A stretch of DNA of 64,000 nucleotides from positions 44,195 through 108,194 of the forward strand of contig JAKUNK010000008.1 of the NCBI GenBank assembly GCA_022451945.1, read 5' to 3'. Below the pieces are notes generated by a model, which worked only from the letters and a program-made list of their open reading frames with translations, searched no databases and had not been told where the DNA came from. Below, one piece after another: positions 37,172 through 47,337 of the stretch (position 1 is its first letter; the number at the start of each line of letters is the position of its first letter). A program made the position numbers and the translations under genes. The DNA is from Dehalococcoidia bacterium. Its GTDB lineage: Bacteria; Chloroflexota; Dehalococcoidia; Lucifugimonadales; UBA3495.

Positions 37172-38362
37172 TTAGATGGTCGCCAGTGCCCTACCTAGGC
37201 GCTCCACGCCTTCGTCGATCTCTTCCTTGGTGATGTTCAGAGGCGGCATGAAGCGGATCGTGTGGGGTCTGGGACCGTTCAGCAAGATCCCTGCCTCGTT
37301 GGCCGCAGTCAATACTTGCCCAGATATGTCACTGTCGAAGTCCATCGCAGCCAGCAGGCCTTTGCCACGTACCTCGGTGATAAAAGAGAACCGGCCCTTC
37401 AGGTCGTTCAGTACGCCCAGCAGGTAAGGTTCCATCTCTTTGACCTTGCTGGGGATGTTGTTATCAATCAGAAACTTAGTTCCTGCATAAGAAGCGGCGG
37501 TCGTCAACATATTACCGCCGAAGGTCGAGCCATGGTCACCCGGGACCAAGGCCATGGCATGTTCTTTGGACAGGAACGCTCCGATAGGCACGCCGTGCCC
37601 GAGACCTTTGGCCAGAGTCATGACATCGGGTTCGACACCATATTCCTGATAGCCGAACAAGCTGCCCAACCGGCCCATACCGGTCTGTACCTCGTCCAAA
37701 ATCAGCAATATGCCCTGCTGGTCACACCACTCCCTTACCCGCTTCAGATAGTCGTCGTCAGGAATGATCACTCCGGCCTCACCTTGTACCGGCTCAATCA
37801 TCACCGCCGCTGTCCTGTCATTCGTGGCGTTCATGATGCCCTCCACGTCGTTGTAGTCAACGTGGACGAATCCGGGTTGTAACGGAGTGAAGTTCTCCTG
37901 GTAATGAGGCTGGCCGGTGGCGGCCACAGTAGCCATGGTTCGGCCATGGAAGGAATTCAGAGCTGTGATTATCTCGTAAGCGCCGTCGCGGTGGAGCTTA
38001 CCGTATCGCCGGGCCAGCTTCATGGCGCCCTCATTGGCCTCTGCGCCGCTGTTGCCGAAGAATACCAGGTCGAGTGCGCTATTTTCGATCAGCGTCTCGG
38101 CCAGTTGTAGTTGGGGCACGCTGTAGAACTGGTTGGAAGTCTGAACCAGAGTGGCGGCCTGATCCGCAATAGCCTTGGTCACCGTCGGATGGCAGTGGCC
38201 CAACTGGTTGACGGCCCAGCCGGCTACGAAATCCAGATACTCTTTGCCGTCGGCGTCCCAAGCGCGCGTGCCTTCGCCCTTGACCAGCACCACCGGTTGG
38301 CGGCGTACTGTCTGGGCGTAATACTTCTTCTCAACCTCTATCCAATCACTGCTCTTGCTCAT
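37172..38362 (-). CDS. argD: acetylornithine aminotransferase (class III)
   Basis: ORF to 38380. ATG 38362 is preceded by GGGAGGAG (396 aa). LILDEVQTGMGRLG and TLAKGLGHGVPIGA (PLP-Lys). Confidence 0.9.
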   Translation of the reverse strand: MSKSSDWIEVEKKYYAQTVRRQPVVLVKGEGTRAWDADGKEYLDFVAGWAVNQLGHCHPTVTKAIADQAATLVQTSNQFYSVPQLQLAETLIENSALDLVFFGNSGAEANEGAMKLARRYGKLHRDGAYEIITALNSFHGRTMATVAATGQPHYQENFTPLQPGFVHVDYNDVEGIMNATNDRTAAVMIEPVQGEAGVIIPDDDYLKRVREWCDQQGILLILDEVQTGMGRLGSLFGYQEYGVEPDVMTLAKGLGHGVPIGAFLSKEHAMALVPGDHGSTFGGNMLTTAASYAGTKFLIDNNIPSKVKEMEPYLLGVLNDLKGRFSFITEVRGKGLLAAMDFDSDISGQVLTAANEAGILLNGPRPHTIRFMPPLNITKEEIDEGVERLGRALATI

Positions 38363-38391
38363 AGCGGGTCTCCTCCCCATTATCGGTCTGG

Positions 38392-41127
38392 TTACTGCGA
38401 GTCCTTGTTCAAGGACTTTCGTAGGCGTTCCACAGCCTCTTGAAGCTCTTTCAAGGCCTCGTCCAACCCATCGACCGCATCTTCGATCACATGCAGGCCT
38501 TCATGGCCTGGAGTTGCCTGGCCGTCCCCACCTACCCCCGCAGCGCCGCCTGGCAATCCATCGGGAAGCGCCCCACCTTCCAGCAACATGGCCAATCCTT
38601 CGCCGACACTATCCGCCATGACGACGTTGCTGCCGTCGGCTAGAATCACCTTTTTAAGCTCCGGAAATGCTAGCACTTCCGACTGGAGATACAAAGGTTC
38701 CACATAGATTATCGCATCGCCGACTGGTATGACCAGTAGCTGGCCTCGTACGACCTGAGACCCAGCCCCGTCCCACAGTGTGAATTGCTGGGAGATCGTC
38801 TGGTCGTTCTCAATACGAGCTTCCACCTGGGCTGGACCATCCACCTGCGGGTCACTGGGCACTACGAAGGCGTTTAGTTCGCCATAGTGCTTGCCGTCAT
38901 TCCGTGCCGTTAGCCAGCCGACCAGGTTCTTCTTATCTCCGGCCGGACTGAAAGGCAACATTAACACAAACTCCTCGGTGTCGCTGTCGGGCATCTGTAG
39001 GATCAGGTACGACGGATGGACATCCACACCGCTCTGGCCGAATCGAGTGTCTTGAGGGATGGCCCATTGTTCAGACTGGTTGAAGAAAATCTGAGGGTCC
39101 GTGATGTGATAGCGCAGATACATGTCTGCTTGAGCCGAGAACAGACCGTTAGGGTAACGGATGTGTGACTGGAGGTCAGCAGGCATTTCTTGGAAGTCCA
39201 GAAACAGGCCCGGGAAGGCGCGCCGATACATCTTCAACAGCGGGTCGTTGGGGTCCATGACGTAGATATAGACCTCGCCGGTGAACGCGTCAACCGCAGC
39301 CTTGACGCTGTTTCGGATGTAGTTAAAGCCGTCTTCAGTGAAAGTCGAGTAAGGGTATCTATCGGTGGTTGTGAAAGCGTCTTGCAGCCACCATAACTTA
39401 CCGTAAGAGTCGACCACTGGGTACGGGTCTTCGTCCATGGTCAGGAACGGCGCCAATGAATTGACCCGAGTACTTATCTGGCGGCGGTACTGGATGCGGG
39501 TGTCCGAAGAGACTTGATCGCTGAGCAGGATATTAACGTCGGCGAACTGCCAAGCATAGGCCAACTTGCGAAGGGTTGAGCCCAATTTCACGCCACCTAA
39601 ACCGTCGTAATGCAGTTCGCTTCCTGAAGGGTCAATCTCAGGGGCCGAACTGTTCACTATGGCGAAGGGCGCTGGCGACTCTCCGTAGTACAATTCGGGT
39701 CGCTCGATGGGAATCTTCCCTCGGATGGGAATATCCTGAATGAAGAATTCAGGACGCCCTTCTTCGGGCGTGAATCCCGTAGCCGGGCTCATGGCCAAGC
39801 CGTAACCATGTGTATATTGGAGTCTGCGGTTCACCCAGTTGCGCGCGTCGACGGGAAGGTTGTCTGGATCCAGCTCCCTAGCCGCCAATAACACCTGGCG
39901 CAGCTTCCCATCCAAGACGTACCGGTCCGAGTCCATGTTAAGGAAGTTGTAATAAAGTTCCATGAATTGGAGTTGGTTATAGGCGTCTTGCAGTGGCTCC
40001 ACGTCCCAGAGTCGGATGTTTTCGATCACCGCCGGGTTTTCTCTTATCACGTCGGCGTCCAGATTGCCCACAGCTGGCACCGAAATTCGCTCCACTTGAT
40101 CCAACTGGTATGCGATGCGGGTGGACTCGATGTTCCGTTCGATGTAGACCTTCTCCTTTTCGAATTCGTTGGGGTCCACCTGAAACCGTTGGAACAGCGC
40201 CGGCAAGGCTAAATTGGCCAACAGCACCATTATGACCCAGAGGCTGGAAGAACCGATCATAAGCCTTAATCCGCCAAAGTAATGGCTAGTGAAGAACGCT
40301 GCCGCAGCCAGAGATGCTATTGCCGTCATCAGCCACAGCACCGGAATCTTGGCGTGGATATCAGTGTATCCTGCACCGGCGACCAAGCCTCCGGCTGACA
40401 CCACCAGGCCGTATATGGCTACCACGTGCCCAACGGCGATGCTCAACATCAACAAGCCGCCTAGAATGCCGATGTGCTTCAACATGCGAGGTGCCAGGAC
40501 GAAGTTCAGCCCCCTAAGACCATAGATTCCCGCATAGAGGAACAGCGACATGACGACAGATACGATCAGTATGCCCATCACCCAGTTCTGGATGAAGTTG
40601 AGCATCTGGAGTGTGACTATGAAGAATGAGAGGTCCTTCCCGAACTCGGCGTCGGAGACTCCGAACGACACCTTGTTCAGAACCAGCAGGAAGATCTCCC
40701 AACGCCCAGCAGCGGCCGATCCGAAAACCGGGGCGGCGATAAGAACAGTAATGAAAACCGCCGCCACCAGCATAGCCCGCAACAGACGCATGGTGTCTTC
40801 ATTGATTGGGAGACTGGAAGGGCCTCTAGAGAACCGAAATGTGAAATAGAAATTAATCATCAGGGAAGCGGAAGTCATTACCGTGCCACCGATGAAGAGC
40901 CAGATCTTTATAACCAAGATCTTGGTGAACACATCCCGATATCCCAACTCGCCGTACCACAGCAGGTCGGTGTAAACCGTCCTCAGCCACCACAGGATCA
41001 AGAAGGCAAACAGAAGACCAATGGCGATTATGCAGCCGTTTCGAACTCGCAGTAGTACAACCGCCGAGATTCCAGGTAAGTTCGGCCCGTCTGGTTGTTC
41101 TGCGTCGTTGGTCAGGTCATAGCTCAT
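38392..41127 (-). CDS. UPF0182-family large membrane protein
   Basis: 911 aa. N-terminal multi-TM region followed by a large soluble domain, with sequence typical of UPF0182. Its start overlaps the argB stop as ATGA (41124-41127). Confidence 0.8.
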   Translation of the reverse strand: MSYDLTNDAEQPDGPNLPGISAVVLLRVRNGCIIAIGLLFAFLILWWLRTVYTDLLWYGELGYRDVFTKILVIKIWLFIGGTVMTSASLMINFYFTFRFSRGPSSLPINEDTMRLLRAMLVAAVFITVLIAAPVFGSAAAGRWEIFLLVLNKVSFGVSDAEFGKDLSFFIVTLQMLNFIQNWVMGILIVSVVMSLFLYAGIYGLRGLNFVLAPRMLKHIGILGGLLMLSIAVGHVVAIYGLVVSAGGLVAGAGYTDIHAKIPVLWLMTAIASLAAAAFFTSHYFGGLRLMIGSSSLWVIMVLLANLALPALFQRFQVDPNEFEKEKVYIERNIESTRIAYQLDQVERISVPAVGNLDADVIRENPAVIENIRLWDVEPLQDAYNQLQFMELYYNFLNMDSDRYVLDGKLRQVLLAARELDPDNLPVDARNWVNRRLQYTHGYGLAMSPATGFTPEEGRPEFFIQDIPIRGKIPIERPELYYGESPAPFAIVNSSAPEIDPSGSELHYDGLGGVKLGSTLRKLAYAWQFADVNILLSDQVSSDTRIQYRRQISTRVNSLAPFLTMDEDPYPVVDSYGKLWWLQDAFTTTDRYPYSTFTEDGFNYIRNSVKAAVDAFTGEVYIYVMDPNDPLLKMYRRAFPGLFLDFQEMPADLQSHIRYPNGLFSAQADMYLRYHITDPQIFFNQSEQWAIPQDTRFGQSGVDVHPSYLILQMPDSDTEEFVLMLPFSPAGDKKNLVGWLTARNDGKHYGELNAFVVPSDPQVDGPAQVEARIENDQTISQQFTLWDGAGSQVVRGQLLVIPVGDAIIYVEPLYLQSEVLAFPELKKVILADGSNVVMADSVGEGLAMLLEGGALPDGLPGGAAGVGGDGQATPGHEGLHVIEDAVDGLDEALKELQEAVERLRKSLNKDSQ

Positions 41128-41975
41128 GGACTTGGCGGCGCCTTCCGGCGCGCGCTTCTAAAATCACCAACTATAGTAGTGCCAGTGGAATTACCGCGTA
41201 TGCATTCCAACAGTGCGTTTGGCTGTCTGCCATCTATGATGTTAGCCACAGGGGATTGTTCGAGGGCCCGGAGACAGGCAGAAAGTTTGGGGATCATGCC
41301 ACCTTGAATCACACCAGAGTTGAAAAGGATGTTGGCCCGGCGCCGGTCCAACCTTCTGATGACTCGACCGCCGCCGTCCATGACGCCGGCAACGTCGGTC
41401 AGAAACACCAACTGCTGGGCCTCCAGTGCGCGAGCCAGTTCTCCGGCTACAGTGTCTCCATTGATGTTCAACGGGCTACCGGCGTTTTCGGAGCCGTCGC
41501 GCACATGGACGCCCAACGGGGCAATCATCGGGATGAACCCGCTATCGAGAGCAACTCGAATCAGGTCGACGTTGACATTGGTTACCTCTCCAACGAAACC
41601 CAACTCTGGATTTCCTATTTCGGCTTCCACCATGCAACCATCGATCCCACTCAGGCCCACCGACCGGCCTCCGAACTCGTACATCAATGACACTAATTCT
41701 TTGTTGATTAACCCACCGAGGACTGCAACCACTATCTCTAGGCTGGGTGCGTCCGTGACCCGAAGGCCGCCCACAAACTGGGGCGCCAGGCCTTGGCGTT
41801 GCATCCACTGGGATATCACGTTACCGCCACCATGAACCACCACCACCTGTTGCCCTTCCTCCTGTAGCGCCACCAAGTCCCTAAGACTGGTGTCATGACT
41901 ACCCAGGGTGCTGCCGCCGATCTTTACCACTATTGGGTGACCGGAAGTCGGTTGGACCGCCAATTCTTCCTCCAA
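41124..41975 (-). CDS. argB: acetylglutamate kinase
   Basis: 283 aa. IVVKIGGS, VVVHGGG and NINGDTVAGELA motifs. Confidence 0.92.
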   Translation of the reverse strand: MEEELAVQPTSGHPIVVKIGGSTLGSHDTSLRDLVALQEEGQQVVVVHGGGNVISQWMQRQGLAPQFVGGLRVTDAPSLEIVVAVLGGLINKELVSLMYEFGGRSVGLSGIDGCMVEAEIGNPELGFVGEVTNVNVDLIRVALDSGFIPMIAPLGVHVRDGSENAGSPLNINGDTVAGELARALEAQQLVFLTDVAGVMDGGGRVIRRLDRRRANILFNSGVIQGGMIPKLSACLRALEQSPVANIIDGRQPNALLECIRGNSTGTTIVGDFRSARRKAPPSP

Positions 41976-42184
41976 AGCCTAAAACAGAATCGAGTATCGA
42001 TAGGGTCTATTGGGAATGGAATCGGCTGCATAAGAGGGATCGCGAAAGCCGCCGGAGAAGCAATCAGACTACCGCAGGCCCTTCCGGCTGAATGCGGCCG
42101 CCACTCCCCGAATGTTATCGGGAAATCGGACGCAGACGTGTCCGAGCAAAAAGGCTCATGCCAACATTTATGATAGAAACTTGT

Positions 42185-43405
42185 CTAGGTCGTGTAGGCA
42201 CTGTTGATGACCACGTATTCTTCGGTGAGGTCGCAGCCCCAAGCGGTGGCACGACCGTCCCCGAGATTCAAGTTAACTCCAAACGTGACCTCATCGCCAC
42301 GCATGAGAACAACAACGGCGTCCCGGTGGAACGGCACGGGTTTGCCAGATTCCATGATGCAAACTCCGTTGATATATAGATCGATCTTCGACTCGACAGT
42401 TTCGGCCCCGCTGCGGCCAAGGGCCATGACCAGCCTACCCCAGTTGGGGTCTGCTCCGTACACCGCAGATTTAACCAGCAACGATGAGGTGATAGTCTTG
42501 GCAGCCAACCGGGCGTCGGCAACATTCTTGGCGCCCTCGACCTCGGCAACCACCAAAGTTGTCGCCCCTTCACCATCCTGGGCCAACTGGCGGGTCAACT
42601 GGACTAAGACTTCCATAAGGCCATCACGGAAACTGCCAGCATCTGGGCTGGCTGCAGAAAGTGCAGCATTGCCCGCAGCCCCGTTGGCTAAGACCACTAA
42701 ACTGTCGTTGGTACTCGTATCGCCATCGATATCCAGCATATTAAGCGTGCTGTCTGCGATATCCGGAAGGATTGCCCGGAGATAGTCCTGCTCAACGGCA
42801 GCATCGGTAGCCACAAAGCAAAGCATCGTCGCCATATTAGGGTGAATCATACCCGAGCCCTTTGCTACGCCGCTGATGTTGACCTCGGTGCCTCCCACAT
42901 TCACTGTTACTGCAGCTTCCTTTGTCCTGGTATCGGTGGTCATCATGGACCGAGCCAAAGCGTTTCCGCCGTTATCCTTCAGCTCTATCTCATCGACGCC
43001 CTTTCTGATCAGCGTCATGGGCAATTCAACACCGATGACACCGGTGCTGAACACAAGAACTTCTTCTGGTTTTACGCCCAGGCCGAGAGCGGCTACGGCG
43101 GCCATCTCTTTAGCATCTACATAGCCCTGCTCGCCGACTCCCGCATTTGCTATACCCGAATTGACCACCAGCCCGCGTACTGGACCGCCGGCAGCCAGAG
43201 TCTCCCGGTTCACAGTCACTGACGGTGAGACCAGAGTACTCTTGGTGAACACGCCGGCAACCGAGCACGGGGTATCCGAAAGAAGCAGTCCCATATCCAT
43301 TTTGTCTTCCGAGAAGGTCTTGATCCCAACATAGGTGCCGCCAGCTTTGAAGCCTTTAGCGTTAGTTATGGTGCCACCTTCTACACGGTTGATTGGGCCT
43401 GCCAT
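42185..43405 (-). CDS. argJ: bifunctional glutamate N-acetyltransferase / amino-acid acetyltransferase
   Basis: 406 aa. TTDT and the autoprocessing context HPNMATMLCFVATDA. Confidence 0.95.
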   Translation of the reverse strand: MAGPINRVEGGTITNAKGFKAGGTYVGIKTFSEDKMDMGLLLSDTPCSVAGVFTKSTLVSPSVTVNRETLAAGGPVRGLVVNSGIANAGVGEQGYVDAKEMAAVAALGLGVKPEEVLVFSTGVIGVELPMTLIRKGVDEIELKDNGGNALARSMMTTDTRTKEAAVTVNVGGTEVNISGVAKGSGMIHPNMATMLCFVATDAAVEQDYLRAILPDIADSTLNMLDIDGDTSTNDSLVVLANGAAGNAALSAASPDAGSFRDGLMEVLVQLTRQLAQDGEGATTLVVAEVEGAKNVADARLAAKTITSSLLVKSAVYGADPNWGRLVMALGRSGAETVESKIDLYINGVCIMESGKPVPFHRDAVVVLMRGDEVTFGVNLNLGDGRATAWGCDLTEEYVVINSAYTT

Positions 43406-43601
43406 GGACTACCTTCCTTATGGGGACGATATCACGTTTCTACTCGTGCCTGGGGAAGCACAAAGTATATCACAAGAAGAACGTTATTCATCTTAAGAAC
43501 CCTTTATGGAACCGACAGCTGGCCCGTCTGTGGACTGGTTCTTGGGGTTAACCTATAATCGAGCCTTCTCACGGTACAATACATGACGCACAGGTGGTGG
43601 A

Positions 43602-44885
43602 ATGGCAGAGGTAAGCCCGTTCAGAGGTTGGCGCTTTAGCCCAGAAAAAGTAGGGGATATGGCCTCGGTCCTGTGCCCGCCATATGACATGATTGACGAG
43701 GACACCCAAAAGGCCCTCAAGGCACAGAACCCATACAACGTCATCCATCTGGAAGCAGGAGAAGGCCTGGACTGGAACTCTTCTGCCAAGGAGCAATACA
43801 CAGCCACTTCAGACCTGTTCGACCGCTGGCGGGCCGACGGAGTCCTACAGCAGGATCCCGAACCCAGCTACTACCTTATGCGCCACAGTTTCCCTCTGGG
43901 TGACAAGAACATGGTACGCATCGGGCTGATCGCATTAGTGTGGTTAGAAGACTACGAAACCCGCGAAGTGCTTCCCCACGAGTTCACCCAAGCCCCGGCG
44001 ATCCAGGACCGCGTCTGGCTGATGGAATCCCTATCAGCCAACATCAGTCCGATAATGTCGATCTACCGCGACGCCGAAGGTGAGCTTGACCGGATCTACC
44101 CGCAAATTATGAACGGTACACCAGAGTTCAACTCCACCGACGACTCGGGAAGCATTACCGCCCTTTGGCGCATCTCAGAGCCTAATGTGCAGAACCAGAT
44201 CAGCAAATTCTTCGCCAGCCGGCCCATATACCTGGCGGACGGCCACCACCGCTATGAAGCCGCCAGGCAATATCAACTTGACCGGCACGCCGAAGACCCA
44301 GGCAACAAGTCTGCTAACCTCGCCCACAATTTTGTGATGATGACCCTAATCGCCTTCGATGACCCTGGTCTGGTAGTGCTGGGTTATCACAGGACTCTTA
44401 ACAACGTACCAGAAGACAAGTTAGCCAAAATCAAGGCGAAACTAAATCAACTATTCGACTCGGAGCCGGCCAATGGAACCTCCAACGACGTGATCGATCA
44501 GGTAGGCCGGCTAGGGGTCGACCGCCGCCTGATGGCGTCTGTCGATAGCGGCGGCGCAAAGATGTTGACCTTGAAAGAATCTGCGATCGAACCAGACTGG
44601 GGGCCGCTATCAGCATCCGAAGCCTGGGTCCTGGAGGAACAGGTGCTTAAGCCAGAGCTGGGCGACGCTACCTTAGAGCACCTTGATTTCATGCACGACC
44701 ATGAAAAAGCCGTGGAACAGGCCAAAAGCGGTGAACTGCAAATGGTATTCCTGCTAAAGCCCTTCCCTCTAGACGCATTCGAGAGCATCGTCGGCGGAGG
44801 GCAGCGTTTGCCCCGAAAGTCCACTTTCTTCTACCCCAAGTTGCCTACCGGTCTAGTGATTAACCGAATCGACGGTGAACTATAG
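43602..44885 (+). CDS. DUF1015-family protein
   Basis: 427 aa. PFRGWRF N-terminus, CPPYDMI and YLADGHHRYEAA motifs. Confidence 0.8.
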   Translation: MAEVSPFRGWRFSPEKVGDMASVLCPPYDMIDEDTQKALKAQNPYNVIHLEAGEGLDWNSSAKEQYTATSDLFDRWRADGVLQQDPEPSYYLMRHSFPLGDKNMVRIGLIALVWLEDYETREVLPHEFTQAPAIQDRVWLMESLSANISPIMSIYRDAEGELDRIYPQIMNGTPEFNSTDDSGSITALWRISEPNVQNQISKFFASRPIYLADGHHRYEAARQYQLDRHAEDPGNKSANLAHNFVMMTLIAFDDPGLVVLGYHRTLNNVPEDKLAKIKAKLNQLFDSEPANGTSNDVIDQVGRLGVDRRLMASVDSGGAKMLTLKESAIEPDWGPLSASEAWVLEEQVLKPELGDATLEHLDFMHDHEKAVEQAKSGELQMVFLLKPFPLDAFESIVGGGQRLPRKSTFFYPKLPTGLVINRIDGEL

Positions 44886-44891
44886 AAAGAG

Positions 44892-45365
44892 CTAGATGGC
44901 TGTTAGGTCTCCATCCATCCGTTGCCGGAACCGGTCGGTGATAGCCTGTTCGGCCTGGCGGCTGTTGGCAGCGATGAACCCTTCTAATTGGCGGATCTGC
45001 TCCTGAGCCTCTTCGCCAGAAGAAGCTCCAAATAGCCCGTTCTTCTTGAGGCTGGCCAGCTTGGACCGCGCCTCATCCACCCGCTTGAGTAATTGAAGGG
45101 CCTCCAATTCTTGGATGGCGGTATCTTTTATCGCCAGCAGCCTACGCCGGTTAGCCACGGCGTCTTCAAGTCGCTCTTCAATCTCACCCATGGCGGTCAA
45201 GGAAAGTTCAAGGGAGGTCTGACCATATACAACCTGCCTGGGCAGGCGGCGCAATTGGGTCCGGAATTGATTTATCTGGGCGTCCAGTCGCTCTTCTTTG
45301 GCACGCATCTCGGCGATACCCAATCTGAGTGTAGCCATCGCCTGTTCCAGTTGGGAAATAGCCAC
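44892..45365 (-). CDS. hypothetical coiled-coil protein
   Basis: 157 aa, heptad-rich and Glu/Arg/Leu/Gln-rich. No family recognised. Confidence 0.5.
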   Translation of the reverse strand: MAISQLEQAMATLRLGIAEMRAKEERLDAQINQFRTQLRRLPRQVVYGQTSLELSLTAMGEIEERLEDAVANRRRLLAIKDTAIQELEALQLLKRVDEARSKLASLKKNGLFGASSGEEAQEQIRQLEGFIAANSRQAEQAITDRFRQRMDGDLTAI

Positions 45366-45527
45366 TTAAACACCCCCCATCATTAGCCATAAAATGTAAC
45401 GCCGGACCTGCGGTTACTTTAGCTCGGCGAAAATATTATTTCGTTAATTATCCTATCTCGCCGAGCTTATTCATACGTAAACTAGCTCCGTTCGGATGTA
45501 TTTTCATCCTATGAAGACCGTCCGCCG

Positions 45528-46637
45528 TTAAGACTTGAAGCCCACTTCAGGCAAGACCACCTTCAGGGCGTCCATGACCTGAGTGATGTCGTCTTTCTCA
45601 ACGGCGCCTAAGTGGCCTATGCGGAATATGTCTGAACTCATACGCCCCTGTCCACCGGCCAACACCACATTGTGCTCGGTGCGCATCTTGCCCATCAATG
45701 CTTTCTGGTCAACACCTTCGGGCACCTTGATGGCGGTCACGGTATTCGAAGCGTATGCCTCGTCAGAGACCAGAAGTTCCAAGCCCAGAGCCCTTACTCC
45801 GTCACGGGTGAACTGGCCGATAGTGTCGTGGCGGCCGAAAACGTTCTCCATACCCTCTTCCAGCAAAACATCCAGGGCTCGGCTGAGTCCGTACATGGCC
45901 GACAAGTTGGGAGTGAACGGGGTTTGGCCTGTCGCTAAGTATTGCTTGGCCATGGCTAGGTCGAAATAGAACCGGGGCATTTTGGCGGTCTGCTGGGCTT
46001 CCCAGGCGGCCTCGCTGACGCTAATGAACGAGAGGCCGGGCGGAATCATGAACCCCTTTTGGGAGGCTGTGCCGACCATGTCACAGTCCCAAGCGTCCAC
46101 CGGCAAAGGGATGCAGCCCAGACTCGAGACTGCATCGACCAGAAACAACTTATCGAATTCACCTTTCACGACCTTGGCTATCTCTTCCACCGGATGGGTG
46201 ACGCCGGTAGATGTCTCGTTGTGGGTGACGAGCACGGCCTTCACAGTGGGGTCATCTTGCAACGCCTTACGAATATCGCCTGGGGCGATGGGGCCGCCCC
46301 ATTCGAAGTCCATGCGCTTCACATCGGCGCCGTAAGCTTCAACCATATCCACGAACCGGTCGCCAAAGGCCCCTGCCGTAGCAGCTATGACTCGATCTCC
46401 TGGTGATAGCGTATTTACTATGGCCGCCTCCAGAGAGCCAGTGCCAGACGCCGTCAGGATGAACAGGTCGTTCTTGGTCATAAAAACCTGCTTCAATTGT
46501 TCGGTCGTCTTGTGAATCATCTCGTCGAACTCAGGTCCCCGATGATTGATCATCGGGGAGGTCATGGCTTCAACGATATCCTCGGGAATGGGAGTGGGTC
46601 CAGGAGTCCTCAGGTTCTGGGCGGTAATATTTTGCAT
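45528..46637 (-). CDS. class V aminotransferase (serine-pyruvate / alanine-glyoxylate type)
   Basis: 369 aa. HNETSTGV, DAVSSLG and GTASQKG (PLP-Lys) motifs. Confidence 0.85.
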   Translation of the reverse strand: MQNITAQNLRTPGPTPIPEDIVEAMTSPMINHRGPEFDEMIHKTTEQLKQVFMTKNDLFILTASGTGSLEAAIVNTLSPGDRVIAATAGAFGDRFVDMVEAYGADVKRMDFEWGGPIAPGDIRKALQDDPTVKAVLVTHNETSTGVTHPVEEIAKVVKGEFDKLFLVDAVSSLGCIPLPVDAWDCDMVGTASQKGFMIPPGLSFISVSEAAWEAQQTAKMPRFYFDLAMAKQYLATGQTPFTPNLSAMYGLSRALDVLLEEGMENVFGRHDTIGQFTRDGVRALGLELLVSDEAYASNTVTAIKVPEGVDQKALMGKMRTEHNVVLAGGQGRMSSDIFRIGHLGAVEKDDITQVMDALKVVLPEVGFKS

Positions 46638-47337
46638 GGATCCTTTCGTCCTAATCTAGCTGCCGGCGTACGCCGCATTTCATCACGCTTCGCGAAGCGT
46701 AATTGGCCGACTGCCTAAACGGTAGATGATTATATCACCGTCATACGAGGCCGTCATACGAGTGCAAGTCTAACGAGGTACACCCGTATGGCACCACCCG
46801 CCAACACAGGGCATAGTGGAATAGATTGAGCGCCATGAACAGGTCGGCTGTATATGCTAGCAAACCAGCCATCACGGATGCGCCAACATCGAATAAGGCG
46901 AATCACATCTGTCTGAAATCCGGAAGCAACCAAACAGGAGAGATGGTCTCCGAAACAGGCTGCAAGTATCAGGCGAAAGGGCAATGGCTGCAAAAAACCC
47001 TCTCCCCCGGCGATATCCTGCGTCAGCAAAGACCCTAAATCGGCTAAAGTTGCTTGTCACGGTGGGCATCCGTGCCACACCTAGCACAGCGTTGATAACC
47101 CATTTGCTTTCCAGGTAGCCGGCAATATAGGCCACGTTACTCGACTCTAAGCTGAACGTCCTCGAAGTTCGTTGCAATGAAACATCGAGGGCCTCTAAGA
47201 CCGGCCTGAAGTATATGCATACCTCTAGCAATTCTCTTGGCCGTGGATGAGTGATTGGATAACCTGCCGGACCTGCCTGGCCGGAAATAGTCTTGTTTTG
47301 AGGCTAATTTCTGGTTATGTCATGTTATAATCAGCCC

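Noticed and set aside
43470-43495. TGAATAACGTTC upstream of argJ, examined as an ARG box (TGAAT-n4-ATTCA).
   Set aside because: The second half-site is essentially absent, with one of five positions matching.
46900-46960. UCCGGAAGCAACCAAACAGG resembles the SRP RNA domain IV motif (GGAAGCAGCCAAGG).
   Set aside because: The GGAA tetraloop closing pairs do not form (C-C mismatch), and the rest of the SRP helix cannot be drawn.
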